A DNA stretch of 64,000 nt from contig JAZROX010000052.1 of the NCBI GenBank assembly GCA_045648945.1, positions 8,417-72,416 on the forward strand, given 5' to 3'. The translations under genes and the position numbers were made by a program. Within the stretch, counting starts at the first letter, position 1, and every line of letters starts with the position of its first letter. Under the pieces are notes generated by a model. The model was not told where the DNA came from. It was given only the letters and a program-made list of their open reading frames with translations, and did no database searches. This document shows positions 53,256 through 63,210 of the stretch, one piece after another. Source of the DNA: Candidatus Enterousia sp. (GTDB lineage: Bacteria; Pseudomonadota; Alphaproteobacteria; Rs-D84).

Positions 53256-56200
53256 ATGTTAAAGTTCTTTATTAAACGGCCGGTTACAACAGTTATGTTT
53301 GTTTTGCTGTGGGTGGTGTTGGGGTTGGTCGCATTTCCAAAGATGAATATTGAACGCACGCCGGCGTTAGACTTTCCGATGGTGACCGCAACGTTTATAT
53401 ACCCCGGTGCCGCGCCCGCAGAAATAGAATCCCAGGTTATTAAAAAGGCCGAAGACGCCATGTCCCATGTCCCAGAAGTTAAAAAAATTACATCCCAGGC
53501 GTTTGAAAACGGTGGATATGTTATGGCGGAATTTAACCTGGGCGTAAATGTTAATGATAAAGCCAGCGAAGTTAAATCCAAGATTGACGCATTGGCGTCA
53601 GAATTTCCGTCTGAATTGAAACAGCCGGTTATTGAAAAATTAAATCCATTGCAAACTTCGGTTGTAGATATCGCTATATCGGGCGCATCTTTGCGTGAAT
53701 TAAAGGAATATGCAGATAATACATTGGCGAACAAGATAACCGGGGTCAAAGGTGTGGCCAGTGTTTCTGTGTTCGGTGGTAAAAATCGTGCGATACGTGT
53801 GGCGTTAAATCCAGAATCTATGGCGGCACGTGGTATCACAATTATGGATATTGTGTCCGCGTTCGGGGCCAGTAATTTGAATGTCCCGGGTGGCAAGATA
53901 GAGGCAGGAACAGATTCATCCAGTGTGCGTTTTATTGGTGAATTCGAATCGGTGGACGCCATTAAAAATCTGCATATAACAACCGCCGAGGGTCAAAAGT
54001 TCAAGCTTTCTGATGTAGCAAATGTAACCGATTCTGCGCGCGATATTGAAAACGGTGCGCGGTTTAACGGCGCAGACGTTGTTATTGCGTCTGTGGTCAA
54101 GGCCACCGATGGAAATGCAATCAAGATTTCGCGCGCGTTGAACAAAGAATTGCCAAAATTTAATGCGGATTTGAATGCGCGGTTTCCGGGTGCGAAAATG
54201 GAGATAATTTCGGATTCTTCGATTGTGGTTTCAAATGAAACATCCGGAACCATAAACGGCATCATTTTAGGTGTGTTTTTAACCGTATTGGTTTTGTTGG
54301 CGTTTACACATAATTGGCGTTCAACCATTATTGCGGGTGTCGTGATACCGGCGTCTTTGATTGCGGGATTGTTCTTTGTGAATGCCAGTGGTTTTACAAT
54401 TAACGCGATGACATTGTTGGCGTATTCTTCGGCGTTGGGGACGCTGGTGTCGAATGCGATTATTTTGATTGAATCGGCTTTGCAGGAAATGCGCAAAGGT
54501 AAAAATGCAGAAGATGCCGCATTGGATGGAACCAAAAAGGTCGCGGTTTCCGTGTTTGCGGGTGTCGGAACAAATGTTGTGGTGTTTTTGCCTTTGGCAT
54601 TTATGGGTGGAATTGCCGGTAAATTTATGTCGCAATTTGGTATGACGGTTGTGTATTTAACGGTTCTGTCTTTGATGTTTTCATTTACTTTGGCGCCAAT
54701 GATGATTGCCCAGATTTTGCGTTTGCCACGGGTTCAACGTGTGAGACAAAAGGTCAAAGACAAAAAATCTGCTATGGAAAAATGGTTCGCGTATCAATAT
54801 AAACATTCGGGTCGTGTGATTTTAATGGCGGTTGGTGTGTTGTTTGCGTCCGCGTTATTGATGCAATTCACCGGGAACGAGTTTAGCCCGTCCACCGATG
54901 CAAACGAAATAAATATTACCGCACGTGCACCGATGGGGGCAACATATGAAAAATCAGAAATGATTGCCGGGAAAATAGAAAAAACTTTGGCGGAATTTGA
55001 CGAGGTTAAATCGACGTCTGTAAAAATCGGTGAACGTGGTTTGCAAAATATCGCGGTTAAAATTAAATTGGTCGATAAGGCAGAACGTCGGCATTCTGAT
55101 AAAGAAATCGCACGCCGCATGTTGCCAGAGTTAAATAAAATTCCCGATGCAGAGATCCAAATTCGTGCAGGCGAGGGCGTATCCAGTTCTATTTCGTCCG
55201 ATATCGTTTTGAATATTTATGGCGAAGATGATGCGAAACGTCAAGAATATGCGACACGCGCGTTGTCCGCGATAAACAATATTCCCGAAGTCCAAACGGC
55301 GGTATTTGCGCAACAGGTCCCAGGTGATGAAATTAAATTTATCCCCGATGCCGATAAGATGGATTTTTGGGGTGTGCGAAATTCTTATGCCGGGGGAACG
55401 CTGCGTGCGGCATTGTATGGAAACGATACGTACAAGTATAAAGAAAACGGCGAAGAATATCCGATTGTTTTGGAATTTGCGCGACCGTTTAAAAATGCAG
55501 CATTGTTCGATAATGTATTGCTGAATTCGCCCAAGGGAATGGTGGCGTTGGGTGAATTGGGTGAAATAAAACATGAACAGGCGACGCCAGAAATTCGCCG
55601 TTTGGATAAAAATCGTGTGACAGAAATCGATATAAATATTGGCAAGTCAACCAGTGGTCCCGTGCAATCCAAAATTGTCAAAGAATTGAATAAAATAGAA
55701 TGGGATATGGGTTACGGGTACAGCTTTGGCGGTATGGCGGAAATCCAAGATGAAACAACCGGAGAAATTGGGACGGCGTTTATGTTGGCGACGATTTTGA
55801 CATTTATGTTGTTGGCGGCGATTTTGAATTCTTTGATTCACCCGTTCACGATTGCGACATCTATTATTACCAGTTTTGCCGGCGTGTTTATATTGTTGTT
55901 CCTGTCGGGCGCATCAACCAACGTTGGCGCAATGATGGCCTTTGTTATGTTGGTTGGTTTGGTGGTTAATAATAACATTTTGGTTTTGGAACCAACAATA
56001 AGACGTGTGAATAATGGTGAAAACTTGAAAGTCGCATTGTGGTCGGAACTGAATGCGAAACGCGATATGGTGTTGATGACGTCTATTGCGGTTATGGCGG
56101 GTATGTTGCCGCAACTGTGGAGTGCCGATGGTATGAAACGCGCAATGGCGGCGGTTATGATTGGGGGAATGTTAGCATCGTTGATATGGACGTTTACGTT

Positions 56201-56261
56201 GACGCCGGCGTTGTTCTTTGCGATGGAAAGAATTCGTCAGAAATTAAAAAGGAAAAAATAA
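53256..56261 (+). CDS. RND efflux transporter permease (AcrB/AcrD/AcrF family)
   Basis: 1001 aa. N-terminal FFIKRPVTTVMFVLLWVVLG. 12-TM organisation with two large periplasmic loops. Confidence 0.95.
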   Translation: MLKFFIKRPVTTVMFVLLWVVLGLVAFPKMNIERTPALDFPMVTATFIYPGAAPAEIESQVIKKAEDAMSHVPEVKKITSQAFENGGYVMAEFNLGVNVNDKASEVKSKIDALASEFPSELKQPVIEKLNPLQTSVVDIAISGASLRELKEYADNTLANKITGVKGVASVSVFGGKNRAIRVALNPESMAARGITIMDIVSAFGASNLNVPGGKIEAGTDSSSVRFIGEFESVDAIKNLHITTAEGQKFKLSDVANVTDSARDIENGARFNGADVVIASVVKATDGNAIKISRALNKELPKFNADLNARFPGAKMEIISDSSIVVSNETSGTINGIILGVFLTVLVLLAFTHNWRSTIIAGVVIPASLIAGLFFVNASGFTINAMTLLAYSSALGTLVSNAIILIESALQEMRKGKNAEDAALDGTKKVAVSVFAGVGTNVVVFLPLAFMGGIAGKFMSQFGMTVVYLTVLSLMFSFTLAPMMIAQILRLPRVQRVRQKVKDKKSAMEKWFAYQYKHSGRVILMAVGVLFASALLMQFTGNEFSPSTDANEINITARAPMGATYEKSEMIAGKIEKTLAEFDEVKSTSVKIGERGLQNIAVKIKLVDKAERRHSDKEIARRMLPELNKIPDAEIQIRAGEGVSSSISSDIVLNIYGEDDAKRQEYATRALSAINNIPEVQTAVFAQQVPGDEIKFIPDADKMDFWGVRNSYAGGTLRAALYGNDTYKYKENGEEYPIVLEFARPFKNAALFDNVLLNSPKGMVALGELGEIKHEQATPEIRRLDKNRVTEIDINIGKSTSGPVQSKIVKELNKIEWDMGYGYSFGGMAEIQDETTGEIGTAFMLATILTFMLLAAILNSLIHPFTIATSIITSFAGVFILLFLSGASTNVGAMMAFVMLVGLVVNNNILVLEPTIRRVNNGENLKVALWSELNAKRDMVLMTSIAVMAGMLPQLWSADGMKRAMAAVMIGGMLASLIWTFTLTPALFFAMERIRQKLKRKK

Positions 56262-56262
56262 T

Positions 56263-56721
56263 ATGGCGGGCGAGATTAGATTTTGCACCCCGGATGGCCC
56301 ATATTGGTTTTTAAGTCCGTTGGCGCCGTTTCCGATAAAAATGTCTGTGGACGGTAAAGATTTTGTTTTTCCCACGGTCGAGCATTATTACCAGGCGATG
56401 AAGTTTTATGCAAATGATGCACGGTTTAATGTTATTTTGAATCTGGCAAATCCAGATGATGCGCGATTGATTACAAAAACACCGGAATATAAAATCAATC
56501 GTCGTGCGGATTTTGATAAAAATAAATTTAATATTATGGAATTGGGACTGCAGGCAAAGTTTGCCCAAAATCCGTGTGCCGCCGAATTATTAAAATCCAC
56601 AGGTGATGCGATTTTGATAAAGTCTTGCCCGGTGTGTTATAAATGTGGTTTCGGGGCGGGGGCCGGTTTTAACCGTATGGGAAAGGTTTTGATGAAAATT
56701 CGTGCGGAAATTCAAAAGTGA
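56263..56721 (+). CDS. NADAR-family (YbiA/DUF1768-like) protein
   Basis: FLSPLAPFPIKM..GKDFVFPTVEHYYQAMKF matches the NADAR signature. Starts 1 nt after the RND gene stop. Confidence 0.7.
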   Translation: MAGEIRFCTPDGPYWFLSPLAPFPIKMSVDGKDFVFPTVEHYYQAMKFYANDARFNVILNLANPDDARLITKTPEYKINRRADFDKNKFNIMELGLQAKFAQNPCAAELLKSTGDAILIKSCPVCYKCGFGAGAGFNRMGKVLMKIRAEIQK

Positions 56722-56806
56722 TAACGTTTAGGGCGCGGGCCCCGTTTTTGTTTGCTTATATTTTTTTATGTGATTATAATTTTCCCAGAAAATAAAAAGG
56801 ATAAAA

Positions 56807-57403
56807 ATGTTAAATCGCGTGGATGTTGTTTTATTCGATTTTGATGGAACTTTATCGTGGCCCGATTCGAATTTTGCGTTTGCGTTATATTGTTTGCGGC
56901 GTTCGGTTCGGCCGTGGTTGTTTACACCTTTGTTTGGCGTTTGTTCAATTGTACGATTGTTTTGTCCGCGCAGTGTTTGGTGGCGACAAAATATGCGACG
57001 CTTTATAACGCCCGATATGTTGCGGCGCTTTGTGCCGGGGTTTGTTCGCACGCATAAAAAAAATCGTTTTGGTTGGGCGGCGGAACGCGTGGCGGCGGAA
57101 CGCGCGGCGGGAAATAAAGTATTATTGGTTAGTGCAACCGCAAATTACTTAATCGAACCATTGGTGGATGATATGTGTTTTGACGCGGTTATTTGCTCCA
57201 AAATGGAATCAATACGCCCATGGAAATATAAATTTTTTTGCTGGGGCGATAATAAAGTGACGGCGGTAAATAAATGGGCGCGCGAAAACGGGTATAAACT
57301 GCGTATTGTTCGTGCGTATTCGGACAGTAAATCTGATAAGCCTATGATGAAAATGGCCGATGAACGGATTTGGATAAATCCAAAAACACAAATGCCGTGT
57401 TAG
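56807..57403 (+). CDS. HAD-IB family hydrolase
   Basis: Motif I VVLFDFDGTL, motif II LLVSAT, and C-terminal YSDSKSDKPMM. Confidence 0.7.
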   Translation: MLNRVDVVLFDFDGTLSWPDSNFAFALYCLRRSVRPWLFTPLFGVCSIVRLFCPRSVWWRQNMRRFITPDMLRRFVPGFVRTHKKNRFGWAAERVAAERAAGNKVLLVSATANYLIEPLVDDMCFDAVICSKMESIRPWKYKFFCWGDNKVTAVNKWARENGYKLRIVRAYSDSKSDKPMMKMADERIWINPKTQMPC

Positions 57404-57418
57404 GGTTTGTAAAAGTTA

Positions 57419-57445
57419 CCTATACGCCAGAATCCGGCGTATAGG
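57419..57445. terminator. Bidirectional terminator between the HAD gene and rmuC
   Basis: CCTATACGCC-AGAATCC-GGCGTATAGG followed by CGGATTTTT. Confidence 0.7.
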
Positions 57446-57469
57446 CGGATTTTTACTAAACGTTATTTA

Positions 57470-58348
57470 CTAATTTTCGAAATCCAGTTCTTTTAATTTT
57501 TCTGCACGCGGGGTGATTTTGTTCACGGATGTTTGTAATTGTTCTATATCTGATTGGGTTTGGGCAAAATGTTTACGTACATTATCCGCCCGTTCGGCCA
57601 GGCGCCCCAGATCGGCCAATAACATATCCAATTCCCGTTTGATTTGTCCCGCAACACGTTTGATTTTTATGTCTGATAGGACCGCACGAATCGTATTCAA
57701 TGTCGCCCACATGGTTGATGGCGAAACAATAAACACTTTTTTGCGGGCGGCATATTCAATTGCGCCCGGAAATTCGCGATGCAATGTTTCGAATATGGAT
57801 TCCGATGCGATAAACATCATTGCGCTTTCGGCCGTAACGCCGGGAATAATGTATTTTTCCGCAATCGCGTCTATGTGCTTGCGGACGTCCAATTCAAACT
57901 GTTTCCGATACATTTCGGGATTGTCACCATCGGTCATGCGGGAATAAGATTCCAATGGGAATTTACTGTCGATAATCATGTCGCCCGGCGGATACGGCAG
58001 GCGGATTATGCAATCGGGCCGGACGCCGGTGTCCATAACACATTGGAACGCGTATGTTTCCGGCGGCATAATGTCGGAAACCAAATCTTCCAATTGCCGT
58101 TCACCGAATGTGCCGCGTGCCTGTTTGTTACCCATAAGGATGTTTTTGAAATTTGCTATATCGGAACTGATGCTTTTTAATTCATTTGCGTTTTGTGCCA
58201 ACACGCCAAGGCGTTCCGCCAACCGTTCGCGCAGGCGGGTGTTGTCTTCGCGCAGGGCGGACATATCAATCCCGGTCGGTCGCATCAATAACGCGCCCAA
58301 CATTATAATGATGATTGCGCACATGCCAATTAAAATATAAGTTGTCAT
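57470..58348 (-). CDS. rmuC: DNA recombination protein RmuC (short form, 292 aa)
   Basis: N-terminal TM segment, coiled coil, then RGTFGERQLEDLV...PDCIIRLP...IIDSKFPLESY...FIASESIF blocks. ATG 58348 has an AAGGAAA Shine-Dalgarno sequence. The longer track ORF would overlap def. Confidence 0.8.
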   Translation of the reverse strand: MTTYILIGMCAIIIIMLGALLMRPTGIDMSALREDNTRLRERLAERLGVLAQNANELKSISSDIANFKNILMGNKQARGTFGERQLEDLVSDIMPPETYAFQCVMDTGVRPDCIIRLPYPPGDMIIDSKFPLESYSRMTDGDNPEMYRKQFELDVRKHIDAIAEKYIIPGVTAESAMMFIASESIFETLHREFPGAIEYAARKKVFIVSPSTMWATLNTIRAVLSDIKIKRVAGQIKRELDMLLADLGRLAERADNVRKHFAQTQSDIEQLQTSVNKITPRAEKLKELDFEN

Positions 58349-58391
58349 TTGGATTTCCTTTGCTATCATTTTATTATAAAAGGATTTATAT

Positions 58392-58892
58392 ATGTTGCAA
58401 ATGAAACTTTGTGGTGATTTGGTTTTGCGGGAAAAATGTGACCCAGTGGATGATATTACCCCAGAGATTTTAAATATCATGGACGAAATGGTCAAAATGA
58501 TGCGGGAACAAAGTGGGGTCGGCCTGGCCGCGCCCCAGGTTGGTGTTACAAAACGGTTCTTGGTTATGATGGAACCCGATTCGAATAAAGTTTTCAAAAT
58601 GATAAATCCAAAAATTACATCGTATAGTGAAGAGGTCGTCGTGATGGAGGAGGGCTGTTTGTCTGTGTTGGGGCCGGATGGTTTGCCGGTCTATGCAAAT
58701 GTTACGCGTCCGGCCACCGTCGCGGTCGAATGGATGGATATAAATGGCAAAAATTGTGCCGCGGAAATGTCGGGGATAATGGCCCGCATTGTTCAGCACG
58801 AAACGGACCACTTGGATGGGATTTTGTTTATTGACCGTTTGCCGTCGGCAAAACGAGAGATGGTTATGCGCAAGGTAAGGCGTCGCAAATGA
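58392..58892 (+). CDS. def: Peptide deformylase
   Basis: GVGLAAPQVG, EEGCLSV and QHETDHLDG motifs. Confidence 0.93.
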   Translation: MLQMKLCGDLVLREKCDPVDDITPEILNIMDEMVKMMREQSGVGLAAPQVGVTKRFLVMMEPDSNKVFKMINPKITSYSEEVVVMEEGCLSVLGPDGLPVYANVTRPATVAVEWMDINGKNCAAEMSGIMARIVQHETDHLDGILFIDRLPSAKREMVMRKVRRRK

Positions 58893-59692
58893 AAGTAGTT
58901 TTAATGGGAACACCGAATTTTGTTGTGCCAATATTTGATGCTGTGGCCACACGACATGAAGTGTTGGCGGTATTCACGCGTGCGCCAAAGCCCGTCGGGC
59001 GGAAACACGTTGTTACAAAATCGCCGGTACATGTATGGGCGGAATCACGAGGGTTGCCGGTGTATCATAAACCGTCTGAATACAACTTTGCACCCGATAT
59101 GGTGTTTGTTGCGGCGTATGGGGCGATTTTGCGCGACAATGTTTTGAATTCTGCGCCATGTGTAAATTTGCACCCCAGTTTGTTGCCAAAATATCGTGGG
59201 CCGTCACCGATTATAACCGCAATAAAAAATGGTGATGTGGAAAGCGGTGTTTGTTTGATGCAGATGACGTCTGAATTGGATGCGGGTGATATTTTAATAT
59301 GCCGGAAATTTGATATTGATATTGATGACACAACCGATTCGGTCGAAGATAAAGTATCCAAGATTGGTTCGGAAATGATATTGGAATATATGGATGCGCC
59401 CGAAAAATTTCCACCCAAAAAACAAAGTGGAAAAATCGTCTATACGGCGAAAACCGGCGTATACGATGAAATAATTGATTGGAAAAAATCACCAATAGAG
59501 ATTCATAATTTGGTGCGCGCACTTGGTGCGGGGCGGACAAAAATAAATGGAATTGATGTTAAGATATTAAAGACGAAAATGAACGGCGACAAATTAGAAA
59601 TTGTTACAATTCAACCTGCGGGAAAAAAGCCCATGGATTGGAAAAGTTTTGTAAACGGCCTGCATGAGGCAGCAATAAGATACGGAGAATAA
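58889..59692 (+). CDS. fmt: Methionyl-tRNA formyltransferase (short, 267 aa)
   Basis: The N-terminus MGTPNF and the HPSLLPKYRG motif. Overlaps def by 4 nt. Confidence 0.9.
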   Translation: MKVVLMGTPNFVVPIFDAVATRHEVLAVFTRAPKPVGRKHVVTKSPVHVWAESRGLPVYHKPSEYNFAPDMVFVAAYGAILRDNVLNSAPCVNLHPSLLPKYRGPSPIITAIKNGDVESGVCLMQMTSELDAGDILICRKFDIDIDDTTDSVEDKVSKIGSEMILEYMDAPEKFPPKKQSGKIVYTAKTGVYDEIIDWKKSPIEIHNLVRALGAGRTKINGIDVKILKTKMNGDKLEIVTIQPAGKKPMDWKSFVNGLHEAAIRYGE

Positions 59693-59693
59693 G

Positions 59694-59909
59694 ATGAAAA
59701 GCGAATACAAACAAGATGAGTATAGGAAAATGTGTTTTTATTGCAAACGTTTCTTTTGCGCCGGGTATCATTATCCACACAGTCGATTGGTTTGTTCAGG
59801 CGTTTTGCCACAATGGGATTTTTTATGGTTTTTAATGCGTGAAGTCAAAGCCACAGATACTTGTAAAAAATTCGTATTGCATAACGCGTTTAAACACATG
59901 GTAAGATAA
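59694..59909 (+). CDS. Possible Cys-rich small protein (71 aa)
   Basis: Fills the fmt-truA gap exactly (starts 1 nt after the fmt stop and ends 3 nt before the truA ATG). No motif recognised. Confidence 0.3.
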   Translation: MKSEYKQDEYRKMCFYCKRFFCAGYHYPHSRLVCSGVLPQWDFLWFLMREVKATDTCKKFVLHNAFKHMVR

Positions 59910-59912
59910 AAA

Positions 59913-60656
59913 ATGATACGGTATAAAGTTATTCTTGAATACAATGGAACAAATTTGATTGGGTGGCAGGAAAATACCCAAGGCCCTTCTGTGCAATCTT
60001 TGTTGCATGACGCAATCGAGAAGTTTTGTGGCGTGCGGCCGGACATTGTTGGTGCAGGGCGGACCGATGCCGGCGTGCACGCGATCGCGATGTGTGCACA
60101 TTTTGATTTGGATGGCGACGCGGATTCGAACACCGTTATGCGGGCGGTAAATTTCTATTTAAATGATGCGCCTGTGTCAGTATTGGATTGTGAAATTGTT
60201 CCCGATGATTTCAATGCGCGCTTTTCATGTGTTGCGCGGCATTATAAATATGTGGTTCTAAATCGTCCTGCGCCACCGGTGTTGGATAAAAATCGTGTTT
60301 GGTGGGTGCCACGGAAATTGAATATTAAAAAAATGCGTGATGCGGCAAAATTGTTGGTTGGCAAACATGATTTTACATCTTTCCGGGCAAGCCAGTGCCA
60401 GGCGAAAAGTCCGATAAAAACCCTGGATTCTTGCCGTATAGAGAAAAAAGATGAATATATAGTTTTTGATTTTTCGGCGCGTTCATTTTTGCATCACCAG
60501 GTTCGAAATATGGTTGGGACATTGGTGGAAATTGGCCAGGGGAAACCATATGATATTGATGAGGTTTTTGCGGCACGTGACCGCAGCGCGGCGGGCGCAA
60601 CCGCGCCGGCATCCGGGCTTTATTTTATTCGTGCGGATTATGCCACCGACGATTAG
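59913..60656 (+). CDS. truA: tRNA pseudouridine(38-40) synthase TruA
   Basis: YNGTNLIGWQ and GAGRTDAGVHA catalytic motif. Confidence 0.93.
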   Translation: MIRYKVILEYNGTNLIGWQENTQGPSVQSLLHDAIEKFCGVRPDIVGAGRTDAGVHAIAMCAHFDLDGDADSNTVMRAVNFYLNDAPVSVLDCEIVPDDFNARFSCVARHYKYVVLNRPAPPVLDKNRVWWVPRKLNIKKMRDAAKLLVGKHDFTSFRASQCQAKSPIKTLDSCRIEKKDEYIVFDFSARSFLHHQVRNMVGTLVEIGQGKPYDIDEVFAARDRSAAGATAPASGLYFIRADYATDD

Positions 60657-62556
60657 ATGGTATATAATCTATATGACCAGATTTATAAACAACCGCACCA
60701 CCGTGAATTATTTTTCCCGTGCATTTCTTGGAATCTATATCAAAATATGATGCGACATATTTGACGTCTGGGGCGGCGCAGATAGATGTAATGTTTTTTG
60801 ATAATGGGACAAAGTTTTGAATATAAATAATTTTCCAATGTGGACCAAAAATTGTGTATACGCCGGATTCTTTGGGCAGGCGTTCATTTTCTGTGTCGGT
60901 CTTTTCGTTATTAAATTTCTTCCAATTATCAAATGCAAAGTAATTTCCACTATCGTGTGTTTTGTTGAATTTTAATTTTCCATCCAAAACCGCACCAATC
61001 AATTTATGGTCGTATGATATGTAAAATATGGGACGTGGTGAGACCATCCAAATTGTGATTCCAATAGCAGAAAATATCAAACACGCGGCAATATTTATGT
61101 GCCGGGTGATAATTGTTTTCATACTGTCCAAGTTGCGTATAAATATTAAACATGCCAGACCAATGGTTATAAAAACTACACATATGTTTGGTGGAACACC
61201 AAAATTTAAGTTTCCAAATGGCAGATTCGCGATATATTCTGCAATGGAAAATAATTTATTGTAAATGTTGTGCGCGAATATTAAAGGGCTGGGCACGCCG
61301 AATATTGCGCATATTGTTCCAATTATCACGCATGGCATAAGTATGAACGAAAACAGGGGCAGAAATATCAAATTTCCAATCAGACCATAGATTGGGAATT
61401 CTCCGAAATGCAACAGAACAAATGGCGCAGTGAAAATGGTCGCAACCAGTGTAGTAAGCCCGGCGCAATAAATATATTTAATGATTTTGTTGTGGGGCAG
61501 GTTGGGGCGGATACATGTCCATAACCAAAGTATGCCAAATATAGCCGCAAAAGATAACTGAAAACCAGGGCGCATCACGTTATATGGGTTAATAAGGGTA
61601 AGTATAATAAAGGCAAATGCCACCATACGCAGCGACATTACAGACCGGCCAATAATAATTGCCAACATAACCAATGTGGTCATTATAAATGCACGCAGTG
61701 TTGCAACACCACCACCGGATAAAAACGCATATCCGACCAATCCCACCCACGAACATATTGTTGCCGGAATGCGGGCGGGAACGCGTCGGACCAATTTTGG
61801 TATGCAACGGAATATAGTATAGAATATTATGAATAACCATCCCGCAATTAATGTCATGTGATAACCACTAATGGACCAAAGATGTGCCACGCCGTTTGTT
61901 GTCCATACGTTGCGTTGTGTGGCGTTCAATGCGTTTTTGTATCCAAGTAAAAGCGCATCGGTTAGAAAAGAATTTGTTTTGTTTTTAATATATGTTCGTG
62001 GGCCGTATACGTCGGTTTCCGCCGTATAGAGAGTTTTTACATCTTTTATATATCCAATTGAGGTGAGGTTGTTAAAATATGCGTGTCGTGCAAAATCAAA
62101 ACCATTTGGTGTATCCGCAGGCTTTGGTTTAAATAATCCACCGTTGCCGGAAATCACATCGCCCGGTTTTGTTTCGATTTGTTCCCGGGTTGATACGCGG
62201 ATGTTTCCGAAGTCTTTTGTTCCAAGATGGATGCGTGTTTTATCGTTTACATATTCAATATCTGTGACTTTGCCGGTTATTTCAATACCGTGTGTGTCGT
62301 GCGATAACTGGGGTGTGCCTTTTATATGTGTATAAATTCCGGCGTAACCAAATCCCATAAACAGACACATAAATAACGCAACGAATGGAATTTTACGCAA
62401 CAATATAATGCCGCCCGCGCCAACAATAAATAAACAAATCAGTGCAATTATGTTGGGTTCAAAACCAAACGAAAAATACGCCGCCATACCCAATGCCAGA
62501 AAAATAGGCGACCATAAAAATATATTTAATTTTTGTGCTTTGAACCAATCATGCAT
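60625..62556 (-). CDS. comEC: ComEC/Rec2-family membrane protein (no metallo-beta-lactamase HxHxDH motif seen)
   Basis: Polytopic membrane core with GVAHLWSISGYHM (competence-domain signature). 643 aa. Its 3' end overlaps the truA 3' end by 32 nt. Confidence 0.75.
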   Translation of the reverse strand: MHDWFKAQKLNIFLWSPIFLALGMAAYFSFGFEPNIIALICLFIVGAGGIILLRKIPFVALFMCLFMGFGYAGIYTHIKGTPQLSHDTHGIEITGKVTDIEYVNDKTRIHLGTKDFGNIRVSTREQIETKPGDVISGNGGLFKPKPADTPNGFDFARHAYFNNLTSIGYIKDVKTLYTAETDVYGPRTYIKNKTNSFLTDALLLGYKNALNATQRNVWTTNGVAHLWSISGYHMTLIAGWLFIIFYTIFRCIPKLVRRVPARIPATICSWVGLVGYAFLSGGGVATLRAFIMTTLVMLAIIIGRSVMSLRMVAFAFIILTLINPYNVMRPGFQLSFAAIFGILWLWTCIRPNLPHNKIIKYIYCAGLTTLVATIFTAPFVLLHFGEFPIYGLIGNLIFLPLFSFILMPCVIIGTICAIFGVPSPLIFAHNIYNKLFSIAEYIANLPFGNLNFGVPPNICVVFITIGLACLIFIRNLDSMKTIITRHINIAACLIFSAIGITIWMVSPRPIFYISYDHKLIGAVLDGKLKFNKTHDSGNYFAFDNWKKFNNEKTDTENERLPKESGVYTIFGPHWKIIYIQNFVPLSKNITSICAAPDVKYVASYFDIDSKKCTGKIIHGGAVVYKSGHIDYIPSNRRWHNPHE

Positions 62557-62564
62557 AATAAAAC

Positions 62565-62879
62565 TTAGCCACCAAATATAAAGTTCGGGTTCGTGGTCAG
62601 CGCGATAATCGTGTCAATATCGTCGTTTTCAGACGAATGTTGCCGAATCGTCTTGCCGCATTTTTCGCATTTGTGGGTTATAATAAAACCGTCACCATCC
62701 GGTTCGGCCGAAATTGGCGCCATCATGCCACCACAGTCGGACGCCCGGTCGCCCGGATTTTTATCAACATGTCGCGACCACAGACATTGTGGACAATGGT
62801 TTGTGTAACCGTTACCAAAAACCATCGCGCCACAGTGGGCGCATTCAAAATCTTCGATGGTTTTTGTAAACTTTTTCAT
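62565..62879 (-). CDS. RNHCP-domain zinc-ribbon protein
   Basis: CAHCG...YTNHCPQCLWSRHVD...DCGG...KCEKCG. Confidence 0.7.
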   Translation of the reverse strand: MKKFTKTIEDFECAHCGAMVFGNGYTNHCPQCLWSRHVDKNPGDRASDCGGMMAPISAEPDGDGFIITHKCEKCGKTIRQHSSENDDIDTIIALTTNPNFIFGG

Positions 62880-63127
62880 TACAGGCCAAGTGCATTACGG
62901 TACATTTTGGTCAATTCGTCGGTTTCGTCCAATTCATCCGGGTCCATTTTGCGCAGGCGTATCATTTGGCGAATATATTTCGGATCGAATCCGGCGGATT
63001 TAGCTTCGCTGAATATTTCCTTGATGTCTGCGGCGATTGCGGCAGAATCTTCATTTAATTTTTCAATACGTTCGATGATACCCAACAATTGTTGATTATC
63101 AAGTGCCCCATGGTTTGCGTTTTTCAT
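62879..63127 (-). CDS. gapR: GapR/DUF2312-family nucleoid-associated protein
   Basis: The block LLGIIERIEKLNEDSAAIAADIKEIFSEAKSAGFDPKYIRQMIRLRK parallels Caulobacter GapR ([47 protein letters not shown]). Confidence 0.8.
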   Translation of the reverse strand: MKNANHGALDNQQLLGIIERIEKLNEDSAAIAADIKEIFSEAKSAGFDPKYIRQMIRLRKMDPDELDETDELTKMYRNALGL

Positions 63128-63210
63128 AGATGTTTTCCCCTTGTCTAAATACGTGTTTTATGATATACAATAAAACATAAAAATCAACAAAAACCCGAGA
63201 GATTGTAAAA

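Noticed and set aside
58349-58597. N-terminal 83-codon extension of rmuC (track ORF 57470-58597)
   Set aside because: The extension would run through the def start region. The internal ATG at 58348 has an AAGGAAA Shine-Dalgarno sequence and begins the expected TM segment.
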